Below, in pieces: positions 59,874 to 64,000 of a stretch of DNA of 64,000 nt. The DNA is from Chloroflexia bacterium (GTDB taxonomy: Bacteria; Chloroflexota; Chloroflexia; DTKN01). The stretch spans positions 29,671-93,670 of the forward strand of contig JAFGKG010000219.1 in NCBI GenBank assembly GCA_016928715.1. Direction: 5' to 3'. How positions within the stretch are numbered: position 1 is the first letter of the stretch; each line of letters opens with the position of its first letter. The position numbers were made by a program, and so were the translations under genes. Under the pieces are notes generated by a model. It was not told the origin of the DNA, did not search any database, and saw only the letters and a list, made by a program, of their open reading frames with translations.

Positions 59874-61538
59874 TCAATCGAGCCGGTACTGCTCCACCAA
59901 TTGGCCCAACTCTCCGGCCAGCCGGTGCAGTTCGCCCGCCGACCGCTCGGACTGGCCGGCGCTGTCCAGCGTCTGTTTGGTTACCTGCTGCATACTCTGC
60001 ATGGCCTGCGCTAGCAGGTCCATCCCGTTCAATTGCTGCTCCGCAGCAACGACGATCTGGGCTGCCGATTCGGTCGAATTGACCACGCTTTCCGCTAGAT
60101 CCTCGATGGTCCGGCCGGCCTCCCCGGCCAGGCGCACGCCCAGGTCCGCGCCCTCCATACCCTCCTCTGTGGCCAGCACGGCCGTGCCGATGCCGCCCTG
60201 GATGTCGAGCAGGATCTGCTGCACCTGCTCCGTCGCCTGTTGGGACTGCTCGGCCAGGGAGCGCACCTCCTCCGCTACGACGGCAAAGCCCCGGCCGGCC
60301 GCGCCGGCCCGGGCCGCCTCCACCGCCGCGTTGAGGGCCAGCATGTTGGATTGGGCGGCGATCTCGTTGACCGTGCTGATGATCCGCTCGATGGCCTGGG
60401 CCTGTTCAGAGAGTGCCCGGACGGTCTGCTCGATCGTCTCGACCCGGGTGCGGACGTCCTGGATCCCGGCCGTGGCCTCGCTGACCGCCTGGAGGCCGCC
60501 CTGCGAGACGTCGGCCGTGCGCCGGGCCATCCCGGCCACTTGCTGGGCCCGTTGGGTGGACCGCTCGGCCACCGCCCGTACCTGCTCGATCGTCGTAGAG
60601 GCCTGCTGGATGGCCGCGGACTGCTCCATGGCCCCGCTGGCCTGCTGGCTGGCGGTGGTCAGTATCTCGGCCGCGGCAGAGGCCAGGTTGCCCGCGGTGT
60701 GGCGTAGTCGGGCCGTCATGCGCTGCAGGCTGGCGATCGTTTCGTTCAGGCGCTGCCCCAGGATGGCCAGAGGGTCGTCGCCGTCCGACTGCGCGACCTC
60801 CACCCGGGCGGCCAGGTTGCCCTGGGCCACCTTGTCCATGCAGGCGACGCACGCTTGCACAACCCCCTGCAGTTGCTCGGCCCGCTCCGCCAAGACCGTC
60901 CGCGTTTTGTCCAAAAGTTGGTTGCTCTCCCGCAGTTCCTGTTCCCGCTGCCGGGTCTGGGTAAATCCCTGACGATTGCTGCGCACGGCGTGGCGCAGCA
61001 GCAGGCCTGTGAGTAGGAGGATGGGAATCGCCATGATCAGGTCCACCACATCGGCCTGGGGCGCTGTGGGAACGACAAAGCCGGTGACCTCGGCGGTGTA
61101 CGCCGCCAGCACTCCCAGGACCGCCAGTCCCGTCACGCCGATCGCAGCGCCCTCCCCGATGAGCAGCCCGGCCAGGGCAATCAGAAAGGGGTAGATCAGC
61201 ATCGAGTTCTCACCGCTGAGGCCGGAGAAGAGGACGCTCCAGGCGCTAATGACCCCCCAGAGCAGTAGGATGAGCAGGAAGGCCGCCAGGCGGGTGTGGC
61301 CGCGCCGGGCTAAAAATAGGAACCAGACGCTCAAGGCGGTCATCAGCAGGCCGCTGAGCACGGTAAAGGCTTCGTCGCCATTATCGGGCCAACCGTACAG
61401 GAACAGGAGCAGCAGCGACAGCGCTCCGGCAATGGCGGTAAAGACGATCAGGGTGGTATGCAGCAGCCGTGCGGCCCGCGTCTTGTCCTCGTCGGCAAAG
61501 GTGGGGGCGGTAAACAGATCTCGCAGCCAGGTTCCCAT
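59874..61538 (-). CDS. Methyl-accepting chemotaxis protein with multi-TM input domain
   Basis: IAAQSNMLALNAAVEAARAG..GRGFAVVAEEVRSLAE; HAMP-like segment; ~6 N-terminal TMs. Confidence 0.92.
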   Translation of the reverse strand: MGTWLRDLFTAPTFADEDKTRAARLLHTTLIVFTAIAGALSLLLLFLYGWPDNGDEAFTVLSGLLMTALSVWFLFLARRGHTRLAAFLLILLLWGVISAWSVLFSGLSGENSMLIYPFLIALAGLLIGEGAAIGVTGLAVLGVLAAYTAEVTGFVVPTAPQADVVDLIMAIPILLLTGLLLRHAVRSNRQGFTQTRQREQELRESNQLLDKTRTVLAERAEQLQGVVQACVACMDKVAQGNLAARVEVAQSDGDDPLAILGQRLNETIASLQRMTARLRHTAGNLASAAAEILTTASQQASGAMEQSAAIQQASTTIEQVRAVAERSTQRAQQVAGMARRTADVSQGGLQAVSEATAGIQDVRTRVETIEQTVRALSEQAQAIERIISTVNEIAAQSNMLALNAAVEAARAGAAGRGFAVVAEEVRSLAEQSQQATEQVQQILLDIQGGIGTAVLATEEGMEGADLGVRLAGEAGRTIEDLAESVVNSTESAAQIVVAAEQQLNGMDLLAQAMQSMQQVTKQTLDSAGQSERSAGELHRLAGELGQLVEQYRLD

Positions 61539-61660
61539 GGGCACTCCTTACGTGCTCGGCCTACCATACTTTTGGGCAATCGGTGGCCTTTAGAAATGTC
61601 GAATCCTACCAAAACATAGTACCATAGTCGCCAGCCCAATGCAAGCCTTTTCCAGAACCG

Positions 61661-61689
61661 TTGACTTGGGCCGCCGATTGCGGTACAAT
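61661..61689 (+). promoter_or_regulatory. sigma70-type promoter
   Basis: TTGACT-N17-TACAAT. Confidence 0.65.
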
Positions 61690-61730
61690 CGAAAAAGAGG
61701 GTGGCCTGCGCCCAACATGGCCTTACAGCC

Positions 61731-61948
61731 CTAGCTACCTGACAGTTTTGTGAACGAGGGGGAATTCAATTCGTTTGGCCGATCAAATCACGTCATTCCG
61801 AGCGCAGTCGAGGAATCGCCTGGAACTCTAACCGATTCCTTGACTACGTGCCGCTACGCGGCACTCCGCTCGGAATGACGTGAGGTTGGCGGTTTTGCCG
61901 CCTGCGCTCGAAATGACGAGGTCTATCGCCAGCAAAGTGTCAGGCTAG
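61731..61948. mobile_element. MITE-like element with imperfect terminal inverted repeats, flanking direct repeat and internal long palindrome
   Basis: Ends CTAGCTACCTGACAGTTTTG / CAAAGTGTCAGGCTAG; TACAGCC on both flanks (61724-30, 61949-55); internal CGTCATTCCGAGCG...CGCTCGGAATGACG. Confidence 0.65.
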
Positions 61949-61987
61949 TACAGCCCACACAATGAGAGGGTGGAATAGGGGGAACCC

Positions 61988-62350
61988 ATGTCCAAGGGAC
62001 GGCTCTTGATCGTCGGCGGCCTTTTATTATGCCTGCTGAGCGCTTGCAGCGGCGATGCGGGCTCTACAGCGTACGTCTGGGAGGATCTGAACGGGGATGG
62101 TCAACCGGGGCCGAACGAGCCGGCCATGGCCGGCGTCGTCATCCAAATCGTCTACCCCTCGAGCGGCGAACTGTGGGGACGATACGTCACGAATGCGGAG
62201 GGCATGATCATAGCCTTTCACCCCGGAGCGGCTTGCGGTGATTACGACCTCTATTTAAGCGTGCCGGATGGTTATTGGCCCACCACGCCGGTCGTGGCGA
62301 GCCCCCCGAAATGCGAGAGAGCCCTGTTCGGCCTGCGGCGGGAGCCCTGA
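61988..62350 (+). CDS. Small lipoprotein with SdrD-B-like domain
   Basis: LSAC lipobox; VWEDLNGDG....NEP..AGV; C-terminal FGL. Confidence 0.75.
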   Translation: MSKGRLLIVGGLLLCLLSACSGDAGSTAYVWEDLNGDGQPGPNEPAMAGVVIQIVYPSSGELWGRYVTNAEGMIIAFHPGAACGDYDLYLSVPDGYWPTTPVVASPPKCERALFGLRREP

Positions 62351-62371
62351 GCGGCGCTAACCGACATGGAA

Positions 62372-62431
62372 ACCACAAGGGACACCAAGGGCACAAAGAA
62401 GAAATTTATGTCCATTGGTGTCCTTTGTGGT
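62372..62431. repeat. Palindromic repeat of the same family as 50230-50288
   Basis: ACCACAAGGGACACCAA / TTGGTGTCCTTTGTGGT (17 bp, 1 mismatch), between convergent genes. Confidence 0.65.
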
Positions 62432-62501
62432 CAAAAGCTTGCTTCAATTCGCAAAGAGTGAATCGTCGAGAAACTAATGCGGCGTGAACTTTTAAAGGCA
62501 G

Positions 62502-64000
62502 TCAAGGGGCATTTTTTTGGGCAAAGCGCTCTTGTATCTGCCGGTGCAGGGAGATATTCTGCAAAAAGTTTTGTCGAGAAGCCGGATCGCTGATGCGGCC
62601 GGCGCGCTCCTGGAGCAGTTCGTGACCGGCCCGCAGGGCGGCGCGGGCCCGTTCGGCCTGGCCCAGGGCGGTCCAGATGTCCGCCCCTGTCAAATAGACC
62701 CGCAGGGGATAGTCGATCCCGGACACGCCGTTCTGCTCGATCCAGTCCAGGGCCTCCTCGATGTGGGCGCGGGCCTCCTCGAGGCGGCCTTGCTTCCAGT
62801 ACACCCGGGCCAGGCCGGCCAGGTCGTCGACGGCCGGTGCATCCTGGCCGATCTCGCGGCGCAGCTTCAGGGCTTGTTCGTAGGCCCGCGCGGCGGCCTC
62901 CTGTTCGTCCAGTCCCTCCAGGGTCAGGGCCAGGTAGGTCAAGCTGTAGCCCTCGCCCTCCCGCGCGCCAATGTCCCGATAGATATCGAGGGCCTGCTGG
63001 CAGCAGTCACGGGCGGATCGGGCATCGCCCAGGTCGTGCAGGACCAAGCCCATGTTCTCCGCCGTCAGGGCCTGCCCGCGGCGGTCGCCGATGCCCAGGA
63101 ACAGGTTCAGGGCGCGCTCATAGTATTCCAGGGCTCGCTCCAACTCGCCCAGGTCGCGGTAGACGTTGCCCAGGTTGCTCAGGGCCTGGATCTCGTTGCG
63201 GCGGTCGCCGATGGTCCGATAGACCTGCAGGACCTCCTCGCTAAAGGCCTTGACCTGGCCTAGATCGCCCAGGGCGTGGTGCACGCCGGCCAGGTTGTTG
63301 AGGCTCATGGCGGCGCTGCGCTGGTCGCCCAGGTCGCGGCGAATAGCCAGGGCGCGCTCCAACTGCTCCCGCGCCCCGGCGTGGTCGCCCAGGAAATAGA
63401 GGACCGTGCCCAGGTTGTGCAGGCTGGTGGCCTCGCCTGCCCGATCGCCCTCTTTGCGGGCCAGGGACAGGCTCTGCTGCAGGCGCCGGCGGGCCGGCTC
63501 GAACTGGCCCTGCCGCCAGAGCGCCCGCGCCCCCGAGATCAGGCCCTGGACCTTTTGGGATAGGTCGGCGGCCCGCTCGGCGCACTCTACGGCCCGGTCG
63601 GCCGCCGCCAGGGCCGCCGAAAAGTCGCTGATGGCCTCGTGGTAGGAGGCGTGGGTCAGGGCCACCTCGGCCTGCCGACCCTCCTCGGGCCATTCTCGCA
63701 CCAGTTCCTGCAAGTGCTGCAGGTCGGCCTTTTGGGCCTCGCGGTCGCCCAGCATGGCGTAGGCCTGCTCGCGCCCGATCAACAGGTTGTAGCGCTGCTC
63801 GCGCTGCCAGGGCGGCTCCCCTTCGAGCTGGGGCAAGAGTTCCAGGCCGCGGCTGTAGAACTCGACCGCCTGACGGTGGGCCGATTGCCGGGCCGCCTGC
63901 CGGCCGGCCAGGGCGACGTATTCAAACTCTTTTTGCGCCTGCCGGGCCCGGCGGTAGTGATAGGCCAGGATGCCATACCAGGGGCCCAGGTCGCCGCCGT
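62502..64000 (-). CDS. C-terminal TPR region of a STAND-type ATPase/TPR protein (5' part outside the window)
   Basis: Frame open to the window edge (LAYHY..A...AG..A); many TPRs (LHNLG, LNNLA, LSNLG); terminal RI.D...RQNFL motif. Confidence 0.85.
   Translation of the reverse strand, partial: GGDLGPWYGILAYHYRRARQAQKEFEYVALAGRQAARQSAHRQAVEFYSRGLELLPQLEGEPPWQREQRYNLLIGREQAYAMLGDREAQKADLQHLQELVREWPEEGRQAEVALTHASYHEAISDFSAALAAADRAVECAERAADLSQKVQGLISGARALWRQGQFEPARRRLQQSLSLARKEGDRAGEATSLHNLGTVLYFLGDHAGAREQLERALAIRRDLGDQRSAAMSLNNLAGVHHALGDLGQVKAFSEEVLQVYRTIGDRRNEIQALSNLGNVYRDLGELERALEYYERALNLFLGIGDRRGQALTAENMGLVLHDLGDARSARDCCQQALDIYRDIGAREGEGYSLTYLALTLEGLDEQEAAARAYEQALKLRREIGQDAPAVDDLAGLARVYWKQGRLEEARAHIEEALDWIEQNGVSGIDYPLRVYLTGADIWTALGQAERARAALRAGHELLQERAGRISDPASRQNFLQNISLHRQIQERFAQKNAP

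Overview
High-GC bacterial chromosomal segment, most likely Chloroflexota. That assignment is inferred from the RpoB/RpoC insertion pattern, YLPLV-motif secreted protein, Pro/Thr-linker lipoproteins and SARP-ATPase-TPR regulators. It carries core genes (trmFO, rpoB-rpoC, pyk, uvrC, mgsA, smpB, hrcA-grpE-dnaK with a perfect CIRCE, hutU) mixed with envelope and signalling genes. No rRNA, tRNA, CRISPR array or transposase was recognised. Most notable observations: (1) RpoC has AADFDGD instead of the near-invariant catalytic NADFDGD, and RpoB carries a ~150-aa Cys-rich putative metal-binding insertion; (2) a probable oriC at ~48.3-48.7 kb (DnaA boxes, DnaA-trio-like run, AT-rich tract) with no dnaA nearby; (3) a SARP/STAND regulator followed by a 22-bp-period direct repeat, a 77-aa unknown protein, a Tat amidohydrolase and a 14-repeat secreted protein; (4) a structured, riboswitch-like leader at ~58.83-58.97 kb; (5) a glycoside hydrolase/O-antigen-ligase fusion whose promoter faces the rpoB promoter; (6) several small palindromic/MITE-like repeat families. 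All family assignments come from motif recognition by eye, not database searches.
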